Shown here: positions 1-6,590 of the stretch, in pieces
Numbering within the stretch: the first letter of the stretch is position 1
Layout of the letters: each line of letters starts with the position of its first letter
Source of the DNA: a virus
Length of the DNA stretch: 21,353 bases
Strand: one strand, 5' to 3'
UHGV virus genome: UHGV-0019869
Position numbers and translations under genes: made by a program
Notes under the pieces: model-generated
Told to the model about the DNA's origin: nothing
What the model saw: only the letters and a program-made list of their open reading frames with translations
The model's database searches: none

Positions 1-227
1 ACGCGCATGATAGCCTCATCAATAATAAGGCTTTATGCTAGATGCATTCCGCTTTGCGACTCAACCTTTTTCACCTAAAGGATGACAAAACCACATAAAT
101 AATTTAAAAATCATAGCATTAGATTACTTAACGATTAAATAATAGACTGCAAAACGCGACAAAACACAACATATTCAGTCACTATGAATCAACTACTTAG
201 ATAGTATTAGTGACCTGAGGCAGAGCA

Positions 228-270
228 TTAGCGCAAGGTGATTTTTTGTCCTCTTGCGCTAATTTTTTGT
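228..270 (+). terminator. Candidate rho-independent terminator hairpin (10-bp perfect stem ttagcgcaag / cttgcgctaa, about 15-nt loop, then TTTTTT)
   Basis: Perfect inverted repeat at 228-237 and 253-262 followed by a T-run at 263-268, read directly from the sequence. No ORF of 60 aa or more lies in 1-556. Confidence 0.35.
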
Positions 271-556
271 CAACGGACTGGGTTAGTTGAATTTACAACC
301 ATGCTCAGTATCTCGATAAGCGCAGAGAAATGATGCAGTGGTGGGTGGACTAGCTTAATGGGAAGATTAACCTTTAGTGAGTAATGCAACGAACAAAAAG
401 TTCGCTATTGCAATATCAAAAAACACTTTAGTTATAACTATGAAAATAACCAAACTCATAATGTTGGGTTATCAATAGATTCCCCAACACTATATATAAT
501 ATGTTTAATTATTATTAAATAACTCCGTCACATCGCTATAATAGCGACAGAAGAAA

Positions 557-1156
557 TTATAATTTTCGCTCCCACCTAACACCCTCACGGATGAGTCTCA
601 ATGGTATTCCAGCATAAGATGATGATGGTCTTGATAGTTTTTTACCAACTAATGACTTAGTGCCAATAATACACCCATATGGTATTACAGAACCTTTGTT
701 TATTGTGACACCTTCACCAACCCACACATGGTCTGAGATAACAATATCTTTTGCGTGATTTATCCTCTCTCCACTTTCAATATCAATAATAGGATGCTCA
801 TCTGAAGTTCTAATATAAATAGAACTAGAGAACATGCAATCGTCACCAATTGTAATTGATTTACCTTCCATTGCGAAGAAATGCACACCAGCGGTGGTCG
901 TCCCGCTTCCAATAATTAACTTTGAACTGTTTTGCCGAATATCAATACAGCCTCTTATATTGGCTCTTTTTTTAATATGTAAGGTATTATTCCAACCAAT
1001 GATGTTTATTCTTAAATTTCTAAGAACTACACCTTCATCTATTGTAATTTTATGCCCGCTACCCTGCACATTAACTTTAACACTTTTGTCAATGAGTACT
1101 GATGGATGTACATTTATTTCATTACCACTTTCAAATTCACTGAATATATTTTCCAT
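557..1156 (-). CDS. Hexapeptide-repeat (left-handed beta-helix) acetyltransferase, 199 aa; candidate lysogenic-conversion enzyme
   Basis: The translation shows successive imperfect hexapeptide repeats with small or hydrophobic residues at regular spacing (IGDDCMF, IYIRTSDEHP, ISDHVWVGEGVTINKGSVIPYGCIIGTKSLV), typical of Maa/LacA/WcaF/NeuO-type acyltransferases. Sampled lines are AT-rich. It lies just beyond the tailspike on the same strand. Confidence 0.75.
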   Translation of the reverse strand: MENIFSEFESGNEINVHPSVLIDKSVKVNVQGSGHKITIDEGVVLRNLRINIIGWNNTLHIKKRANIRGCIDIRQNSSKLIIGSGTTTAGVHFFAMEGKSITIGDDCMFSSSIYIRTSDEHPIIDIESGERINHAKDIVISDHVWVGEGVTINKGSVIPYGCIIGTKSLVGKKLSRPSSSYAGIPLRLIREGVRWERKL

Positions 1157-1256
1157 AAAAATATTATCCGCATTACATAAACAGTCATACCAATCGATAC
1201 AATCTATCTCTGGTAGTATAAACGACCTTCCAATTCCATGGAAGATCCATTACACG

Positions 1257-3062
1257 TTATAGGTTTTCGAGTTTGTTCAATCTTTGCTCTAACCCCTCTA
1301 TCCTTGAAAATGCAACATCTATAGCCTTTGTAACAAACGGTATAACCTGTTCGTAGGCAATTGTTTTTACATCGCATCCATTGTTTACTAGATGATCTTG
1401 ATATATACCACAGTCAATTCCAAGTCGATCAAGTAATTCTTTAACTTGCTGTGCAAGATACCCGGCATGTTCTCTTTTCCTTTTTCTACTGCCATCTTTT
1501 TCATGTTGATGAATTCTAGTTTCAAAAATCGGATTGCCATTAGAATCATCACCAATTTTTACATTGTATTCTTCTATATAATCATCACGAAAATCCCACT
1601 TATAAAAATATGGGATTATTCCACGGACGAATGATACAGCAAGTTCTCCGTCTATTATTCGTTTATCTGCTTTATCACGCTCATCAGACCGAGTTTGCAC
1701 CGTACCATATACATAAACTGTCTGAGAAGAATTTCCTAACTGAATCTCATGATCTCCACCAACTCTGGCACGGCAGCCTAAAGCTACACAATTTAATTTC
1801 TCTTTTGCAGGTGTCCCATCAATCAAAAACCTACCAGCTTGATGTCCAAGATATACTAATTGGGTTCCAGTAGTCTCACTATCTCCTGACGCTGCACCAA
1901 CAAAAACATTATCACTTCCTGTTGTTAAATTAAAGCCGGAAGCCCTACCAATAAGAACTGAATCATTCATTTTTGTTGCTTTATATCCTGCTTGCATCCC
2001 ACAAAAAACAACACCATTTAATCCATTCTGTGACCATGCAGCTTGATACCCTATAGCAACAATATTATTGGGAGATTCCCCATATGAAGACAAACCAAGA
2101 GAAGCCTCACGTCCTAGTGCAACGTTTCCAGAACCATCCACATTTCTAAATAAGGCAGAGCGACCTGCAGCAAGATTATTACCGCCAGTTCCCGTCTCAG
2201 CACCAGAGAATGCTCCTATATAGGTATTACCACCACCAGTTGAGTTATTTTGCATTGCTGCTTGACCGACAGCAACGTTATCTCTTCCTGTTGTTGTTCG
2301 TGACCCAGCATCCGTACCAACTGAAACATTTCTCTCTCCTGATGTTAATAGTTTGCCAGCGTTATAACCAACCACTACATTATAACTACCGGTTTTATAG
2401 TTGGCATAAGAAGAACTTTGAGCGTAAATAAAAATATTACAACTACCTGTAGTTAACAGTGCTCCAGCCTCATGTCCAAGTAGAACATTGCGCTGTCCTG
2501 TTGTAAGGCTTGCACCGGCTCGTCTACCAATACCAGTATTTTCCGCACCAACAGCCTCATCTGACTCGTTACCTATAATTGATGATCCTGCTCCAACTCC
2601 GAAAAAAGCATTATTTTTCGCATATTCATTAGAAGAAAATGCATCAATTCCCCATACCGTATTACTTGGGTCAGCATAACCAGGAGAATTTTCACCAGAA
2701 AAATTTGTTAATTCCTGCCTTAACTGATCTGGAGCATATTTCATTACATTTGGGAAATAGTGCTGCTGAGAGCCATACGCATCAAAAATCGCCATTGAGT
2801 GATTTTTTATAGTCGCAAACTTACCGAATTGACCATTCAATACAGGTTGTCCAGCTTGACTTATTTTTATTGGTTGAGAAACCTTAATATATTTTCCATT
2901 CTCATTCTCAAAATAAACATCCACTTGATTATCTGGATTAGTCGGATCGGTATCAGGCTTCCCGATATAAATGCTTCCATTCGATACTGATTTAAATGTT
3001 CTTGACATTGTGAACAATTGATTAGGCATGGAAACTATAATGTTAGGTATAATGTCTGTCAT
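1257..3062 (-). CDS. Mosaic tailspike, 601 aa: P22 gp9-like N-terminal head-binding domain, Gly-rich repeat central domain, C-terminal intramolecular chaperone (peptidase S74-like) domain
   Basis: The N-terminal ~110 aa (MTDIIPNIIVSMPNQLFTMSRTFKSVSNGSIYIGKPDTDPTNPDNQ...HSMAIFDAYGSQ) closely resembles the P22 tailspike head-binding domain. The centre carries repeated G-x-x-A-G / TTG motifs. The C-terminus has SDERDK followed by GYLAQQV and IAYEQVIPFVTKAIDVAFSRIEGLEQRLNKLE, matching the autoproteolytic chaperone domain of endosialidase and T5 pb1-type fibres. GGAG RBS upstream of the ATG at 3062. Confidence 0.9.
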   Translation of the reverse strand: MTDIIPNIIVSMPNQLFTMSRTFKSVSNGSIYIGKPDTDPTNPDNQVDVYFENENGKYIKVSQPIKISQAGQPVLNGQFGKFATIKNHSMAIFDAYGSQQHYFPNVMKYAPDQLRQELTNFSGENSPGYADPSNTVWGIDAFSSNEYAKNNAFFGVGAGSSIIGNESDEAVGAENTGIGRRAGASLTTGQRNVLLGHEAGALLTTGSCNIFIYAQSSSYANYKTGSYNVVVGYNAGKLLTSGERNVSVGTDAGSRTTTGRDNVAVGQAAMQNNSTGGGNTYIGAFSGAETGTGGNNLAAGRSALFRNVDGSGNVALGREASLGLSSYGESPNNIVAIGYQAAWSQNGLNGVVFCGMQAGYKATKMNDSVLIGRASGFNLTTGSDNVFVGAASGDSETTGTQLVYLGHQAGRFLIDGTPAKEKLNCVALGCRARVGGDHEIQLGNSSQTVYVYGTVQTRSDERDKADKRIIDGELAVSFVRGIIPYFYKWDFRDDYIEEYNVKIGDDSNGNPIFETRIHQHEKDGSRKRKREHAGYLAQQVKELLDRLGIDCGIYQDHLVNNGCDVKTIAYEQVIPFVTKAIDVAFSRIEGLEQRLNKLENL

Positions 3063-3129
3063 TTAATTTGCTCCAGATACAAGGAATCGCCGCAGCATGG
3101 CTACGGTTGGTATTTGTTTGGTTTTTGAA

Positions 3130-3146
3130 CTACGAAAATTTCGTAG
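3130..3146. promoter_or_regulatory. Perfect 17-bp palindrome ctacgaaaatttcgtag between the ant terminator and the tailspike start, flanked by 8-bp inverted repeats (ccgcagca at 3090-3097, tgctgcgg at 3177-3184)
   Basis: Dyad symmetry read directly from the sequence. Function unknown; it could be an operator or an RNA structure upstream of the tailspike gene. Confidence 0.3.
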
Positions 3147-3198
3147 TGCTATCCATCAAGGCCATCGCCGCTTAGTTGCTGCGGTGAATTTTGGGCAT

Positions 3199-3222
3199 AA
3201 AAAAACCCAGCCTAAGCTGGGT
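3199..3222 (-). terminator. Rho-independent terminator downstream of ant (stem cccagc / gctggg, 4-nt loop, 7-nt U-run on the minus strand)
   Basis: GC stem-loop at 3206-3221 directly followed on the minus strand by the run complementary to AAAAAAA at 3199-3205, about 20 nt after the ant stop codon. Confidence 0.6.
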
Positions 3223-3240
3223 CGTTGCGTTGGTTATCTG

Positions 3241-4143
3241 TCAGTAGTTATGTACTGAAGGAGGTAATTCTTTATTCTTAAGTCTCATCCATGCGGAAAG
3301 ATTCGTTGGTCCGTCTGGCTCATTAATATCAACATCTCGTGTATGGTTGATTAAAACATCTCTCGCCATATCGATAATACGGGAGAACTCATAACCGCAG
3401 TCATGACATCTGCCGGAATAGTTCGATTGAATTTGTTTTAGCGCCGGATACAGTTCGCGGAATAATGCCTGTGAGCGGTTGGCATAATCCCATAACCATA
3501 CAAGGCTGTTTGCTTCTTTTGCAGAAAGCTCGTTGGTTTTCTTCTCTTGTTTGCCGATGAACTCACCTTCAAGCACTACCCTGTGGATGTACTCTACAGC
3601 TTGCGGTATCTGAGATGCATCAAGCTCTTCAATACTTTCCACATTGAAACGCTGATGAATCATTGCATAAGCTTCTGGGTACATTAGATGCTTTTTGCTG
3701 ACTAGCATATTTACAGCATCACGAAGCGGAGTCCTGTCATCAACAGATGTTTTCTTACGTGCATTTTCTGCCTTTCCCTTCGTCCAGTAGTCATGCAGCA
3801 CAGTAAAGCATTCTTCCTGGTACTGAATCAGTTTATCGCGGATGTCAGCACGAACTTTCTCAGGGTTGATGCTGAACAGCCATCCATTTAACTTCTTCAA
3901 AGGAAGGCAGAGTAGCTTACGAAGCTTACCATCAGCGGCAACCATGTTCATATGAACACAGTTGAATTTGCTAATCTGCTTCATGAGTTTTGTTTGCTGC
4001 GTTGACCAGCTCATTCCAAGGTTTTCAACGATTGGCTTCATCGCAACATATGCAACTCCGGCAGCCATGGCGGTGATAATTTGCTGACCATTGAAAGGCA
4101 CGTAAGAGGTGTTCACTGCTTCTAAAATTGCTATACTATTCAT
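3241..4143 (-). CDS. ant: Antirepressor Ant, 300 aa
   Basis: From [68 protein letters not shown] the translation matches my recollection of the P22 Ant N-terminus and its 300-aa length. The ORF track's 322-aa version starts at an upstream in-frame Met inside the sar/terminator region, so I chose the ATG at 4141-4143, which has a GGAG RBS. Confidence 0.88.
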   Translation of the reverse strand: MNSIAILEAVNTSYVPFNGQQIITAMAAGVAYVAMKPIVENLGMSWSTQQTKLMKQISKFNCVHMNMVAADGKLRKLLCLPLKKLNGWLFSINPEKVRADIRDKLIQYQEECFTVLHDYWTKGKAENARKKTSVDDRTPLRDAVNMLVSKKHLMYPEAYAMIHQRFNVESIEELDASQIPQAVEYIHRVVLEGEFIGKQEKKTNELSAKEANSLVWLWDYANRSQALFRELYPALKQIQSNYSGRCHDCGYEFSRIIDMARDVLINHTRDVDINEPDGPTNLSAWMRLKNKELPPSVHNY

Positions 4144-4144
4144 G

Positions 4145-4216
4145 TTGGTTTTTCTCCACGGATTTACTGACAACCGAAGCCCTGACTGTTCCCGCAGTTG
4201 GGGCTTCACTGTTTTT
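4145..4216 (+). ncRNA. sar: Candidate Sar-like antisense RNA (about 70 nt) complementary to the ant RBS and start region
   Basis: A plus-strand -10-like TATACT at 4133-4138 lies inside the ant 5' end, and a plus-strand hairpin (gaagccc 4176-4182 / gggcttc 4201-4207) is followed by TTTTT at 4212-4216. Position and size match the P22 sar antisense RNA architecture. The -35 element is weak. Confidence 0.4.
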
Positions 4217-4427
4217 GTAAGTCACTGTAGTTATAAAGCCACTGACCACTCATTCTTGCTTTGATTGACTCTACTGAATCACGGCAAGGAATGATTCCAC
4301 CTGACATCATTCTGATCTCCGTAAATTCACCGCTCCTTATCGACTCAATGCCATTAACGTTAACTAAAGATTTACCTCTACCAAGTGCATTCTCATAGCC
4401 AATCTCATCAACCTCAATAAACTTCAT
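4206..4427 (-). CDS. Hypothetical 73-aa protein inserted between arc and ant
   Basis: The ATG at 4425-4427 overlaps the arc TGA stop (ATGA overlap), with a purine-rich stretch upstream. No family recognised. This ORF occupies what I recall as a short arc-ant intercistronic region in P22. Confidence 0.5.
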   Translation of the reverse strand: MKFIEVDEIGYENALGRGKSLVNVNGIESIRSGEFTEIRMMSGGIIPCRDSVESIKARMSGQWLYNYSDLQKQ

Positions 4428-4582
4428 ACCGTTATCCCCTCTCTCTTCAGGCTGTCCATCACTCGCTTATAAATCTCAGAGTTAACAGATCGCCCGTTCT
4501 CTTCAGCTACCTTGCGCACCAAATCCAATACTTCTTTAGGCCACCGCAAATTGAACTGCGGCATTTTGCTCATTCCTTTCAT
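4424..4582 (-). CDS. arc: Arc repressor (ribbon-helix-helix), 52 aa
   Basis: MKGMSKMPQFNLRWPKEVLDLVRKVAEENGRSVNSEIYKRVMDSLKREG is near-identical to P22 Arc as I recall it. The true start is the internal Met of the 73-aa ORF-track entry (ATG at 4580-4582), with a GAGGT RBS. Confidence 0.9.
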   Translation of the reverse strand: MKGMSKMPQFNLRWPKEVLDLVRKVAEENGRSVNSEIYKRVMDSLKREGITV

Positions 4583-4596
4583 ATTTACCTCACAAT

Positions 4597-4617
4597 ATAG
4601 GTCCACGGTGGACCTAT
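4597..4617. promoter_or_regulatory. Mnt operator: perfect 21-bp palindrome ataggtccacggtggacctat
   Basis: Perfect dyad read from the sequence. Its core GGTCCACGGTGGACC matches the P22 Mnt operator as I recall it. It lies in the divergent arc/mnt control region, which should contain the Pant and Pmnt promoters. Confidence 0.7.
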
Positions 4618-4624
4618 TGAGAAT

Positions 4625-4645
4625 ATAGTAGAGTGCTTCTATCAT
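4625..4645. promoter_or_regulatory. Arc operator: atagtagagtgcttctatcat (imperfect dyad with TAGA half-sites)
   Basis: Matches the 21-bp P22 Arc operator as I recall it, located between the arc and mnt start codons. Confidence 0.7.
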
Positions 4646-4672
4646 GTCAATACACTAACTTGGGGTGATGGC

Positions 4673-4927
4673 ATGGCTAGAGACGATCCGCACTTTAACT
4701 TCCGTATGCCTTTGGAAGTAAGAGAAAAATTGAAATTAAGAGCAGAGGCTAACGGAAGGTCAATGAACTCTGAGTTATTACAAATCGTTCAGGATGCTCT
4801 CTCAAAGCCATCATCAATTGTAGGCTATCGAGACGAAGCTGAGCGAGTCGCGGATGAGCAATCTGACGTTGTTAAGAAGATGGTCTTTGAAACGCTGAAA
4901 AATATTTATAGCAAAAGTAAGTTATAG
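4673..4927 (+). CDS. mnt: Mnt repressor (ribbon-helix-helix), 84 aa
   Basis: MARDDPHFNFRMPLEVREKLKLRAEANGRSMNSELLQIVQDALSKPS... is near-identical to P22 Mnt as I recall it. Divergent from arc, as in immI. Confidence 0.9.
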   Translation: MARDDPHFNFRMPLEVREKLKLRAEANGRSMNSELLQIVQDALSKPSSIVGYRDEAERVADEQSDVVKKMVFETLKNIYSKSKL

Positions 4928-4976
4928 GCTTATGACGTATAGTTAACCATATCGATATTGGCTCGCGTGATGACAA

Positions 4977-5696
4977 ATGAAAAAAAGTAATGGACTCACA
5001 TTAAAACTTGACGGAACCACCCCTGGCCAGCTGTCAATGGCTAAGTTGGTCAAGTATATGTCTGCTCTCGTAGATCTATACGGTTCTGCAGATTCTGTTC
5101 ACTTCGACTGTGTAAGTGAAGGATCGGCTGACTTAAATGCATGGGTCGATAATGATATTTGTTATAACGCTGTCATAGCAAGGGCCTCTCTCTCAGCCAA
5201 AGAGAAATCACCCGCGTATCAAAAAATTGTTAATTTACTGGAGCATGATGGTTTTTCAGCGAAACTACTCGGACGAAACCACTCAACCATTATCGCATTC
5301 CCGCGAGTAAAAAAGGAGCCAATCCCTTTACTCATAACAAAAACGTCAGAAGTTCAAGGAAGGCTATACAGTGTTGGCGGAAAAGACAACTCAATACCTG
5401 TGCGTATTGAGGGAGCCAACGGTGAAACATTCAAGTGCGAGGCAACCCCTGATTTGGCGGCAGCTCTTGGGTCCCATCTATTCAAATATATTAGGGTTAA
5501 AGGAGATGGGTGCTGGGAAAAAAAGAACAACAAATGGGAGCTAAAGAAACTAAAAATAACTTCATTTGTATTGCTCAAAAAATCATCACTCAAGGATGCT
5601 ATTAATGCTATCAAGCAAGTTCCTGGAGATCAGTGGTCCGAGGAACGCGATGTTGATTCAATCCTTAGGACTCTGAGGAAGATAAATTGCGAGTAA
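4977..5696 (+). CDS. Hypothetical 239-aa protein, first gene of the accessory cassette downstream of mnt
   Basis: Long ORF in a markedly AT-rich segment (about 30% G+C in a sampled line, against 40-63% in sampled structural-gene lines). Its 3' end overlaps the next gene's start by 10 nt. No recognisable catalytic motif. Weak RBS. Confidence 0.65.
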   Translation: MKKSNGLTLKLDGTTPGQLSMAKLVKYMSALVDLYGSADSVHFDCVSEGSADLNAWVDNDICYNAVIARASLSAKEKSPAYQKIVNLLEHDGFSAKLLGRNHSTIIAFPRVKKEPIPLLITKTSEVQGRLYSVGGKDNSIPVRIEGANGETFKCEATPDLAAALGSHLFKYIRVKGDGCWEKKNNKWELKKLKITSFVLLKKSSLKDAINAIKQVPGDQWSEERDVDSILRTLRKINCE

Positions 5697-6235
5697 TTTT
5701 AGATACCAATATTCTGGTATACCTACTATCAGATATAGAACACGATTATAGATTATCTGACCCTATACTTGGTTCTGAGATTCCAGATGCCAAAAGAAGA
5801 GCAGAAGCTCTTGTTGATCGAATAGATAACAAGAACGGGACAATCATCGTTCCAACTCCTGTATTGGCGGAGTTTTTAGTTGGAATCCATAAAGATTACC
5901 AACAAGAAAAACTGAATGTTATCAAATCGTTATCGTGCTTCGAAACTGTATCATTTGATGAGTTGGCTGCTATTGAATGCGCATCGATACCAACATTAAA
6001 AGAATTAAGGAAAATTAGCACAGAAGGTACAGCAAACAAAATTAAGTTTGACAGACAAATAATAGCAATTGCAAGAGCAATTAATGCTGACGAGGTATGG
6101 ACTCATGATAAGGGAGTGTTTGAGCGTTGCAAAAGTCTCAATATTCCTGTGTTCACATTATCATCAATAGAACCAATTCCGGTTCAAAGTCTCATGGAGT
6201 TCTTACACGATTCAGACGATCAGAGATTACACTAA
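5687..6235 (+). CDS. PIN-domain nuclease-like protein, 182 aa (TTG start)
   Basis: The N-terminal ILDTNIL motif with an invariant Asp, and downstream acidic residues (AEFLVG; FDRQIIAIARAINADEVWTHDKG), are typical of VapC/PIN folds. The TTG at 5687-5689 is preceded by GAGGAA at 5675-5680. Confidence 0.75.
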   Translation: MRVILDTNILVYLLSDIEHDYRLSDPILGSEIPDAKRRAEALVDRIDNKNGTIIVPTPVLAEFLVGIHKDYQQEKLNVIKSLSCFETVSFDELAAIECASIPTLKELRKISTEGTANKIKFDRQIIAIARAINADEVWTHDKGVFERCKSLNIPVFTLSSIEPIPVQSLMEFLHDSDDQRLH

Positions 6236-6251
6236 AATATAATTTTTATGC

Positions 6252-6279
6252 ATCCGTGATAATTACATCCGTCACGGAT
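6252..6279 (+). promoter_or_regulatory. Inverted repeat atccgtga (12-nt spacer) tcacggat between the PIN gene and the small membrane-protein gene
   Basis: 8-bp perfect inverted repeat at 6252-6259 and 6272-6279, read from the sequence. No T-run follows, so it may be an operator or attenuator rather than a terminator. Confidence 0.3.
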
Positions 6280-6362
6280 ACATAAAGCTATAGCCAAAAG
6301 TGGACAAACCTTTATCTCACTCCAAACCATCTGGTATCCTGCACAAAACTAAGGAGGTTGGT

Positions 6363-6590
6363 GTGAAGCGATGGTTCCTCATAATTACTGTTTTCGCGAT
6401 CATTTACACTATTTTCCCTGCATTAAAAGCACCAATGCAAATAATTTCGCTTGCAATAATTGCAATTGGTGCTTTCATTGCAGTAGCCGTACTTGTGTTT
6501 AAGGTTTTAAAGTTTTTAGTTTGGCTATCAAAAGATGATGGATGCAAAGTTCATCAAGAAAAAGAAGGCAAAATAACCAAAGTTGACTAA
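6363..6590 (+). CDS. Small hydrophobic (predicted two-helix membrane) protein, about 75 aa
   Basis: AGGAGG at 6352-6357 lies 5 nt before the GTG at 6363. The product WFLIITVFAIIYTIFPALKAPMQIISLAIIAIGAFIAVAVLVFKVLKFLVWL is strongly hydrophobic. The ORF track's alternative start at 6300 lacks an RBS. The stop overlaps the convergent gp16-like stop. Confidence 0.55.
   Translation: MKRWFLIITVFAIIYTIFPALKAPMQIISLAIIAIGAFIAVAVLVFKVLKFLVWLSKDDGCKVHQEKEGKITKVD

Noticed and set aside
1100-1256. NeuO-style heptanucleotide phase-variation repeats at the 5' end of the acetyltransferase gene
   Set aside because: I looked for tandem 7-nt repeats around the start codon and found none, so no phase-variation claim is made.
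834-1262. 142-aa plus-strand ORF
   Set aside because: Antisense to the hexapeptide acetyltransferase gene, with no RBS; the acetyltransferase frame has clear family features.
3241-4209. 322-aa version of ant starting at the upstream Met
   Set aside because: The extension would read through the sar/terminator hairpin. The internal ATG at 4143 gives the 300-aa length and N-terminus I recall for P22 Ant and has a GGAG RBS.
4424-4645. 73-aa extended Arc ORF
   Set aside because: The extension covers the Arc and Mnt operators. The real start is the Met that gives the 52-aa Arc.
5354-5614. 86-aa minus-strand ORF
   Set aside because: Antisense to the 239-aa cassette gene; no RBS, with a low-complexity Phe/Ser-rich translation.
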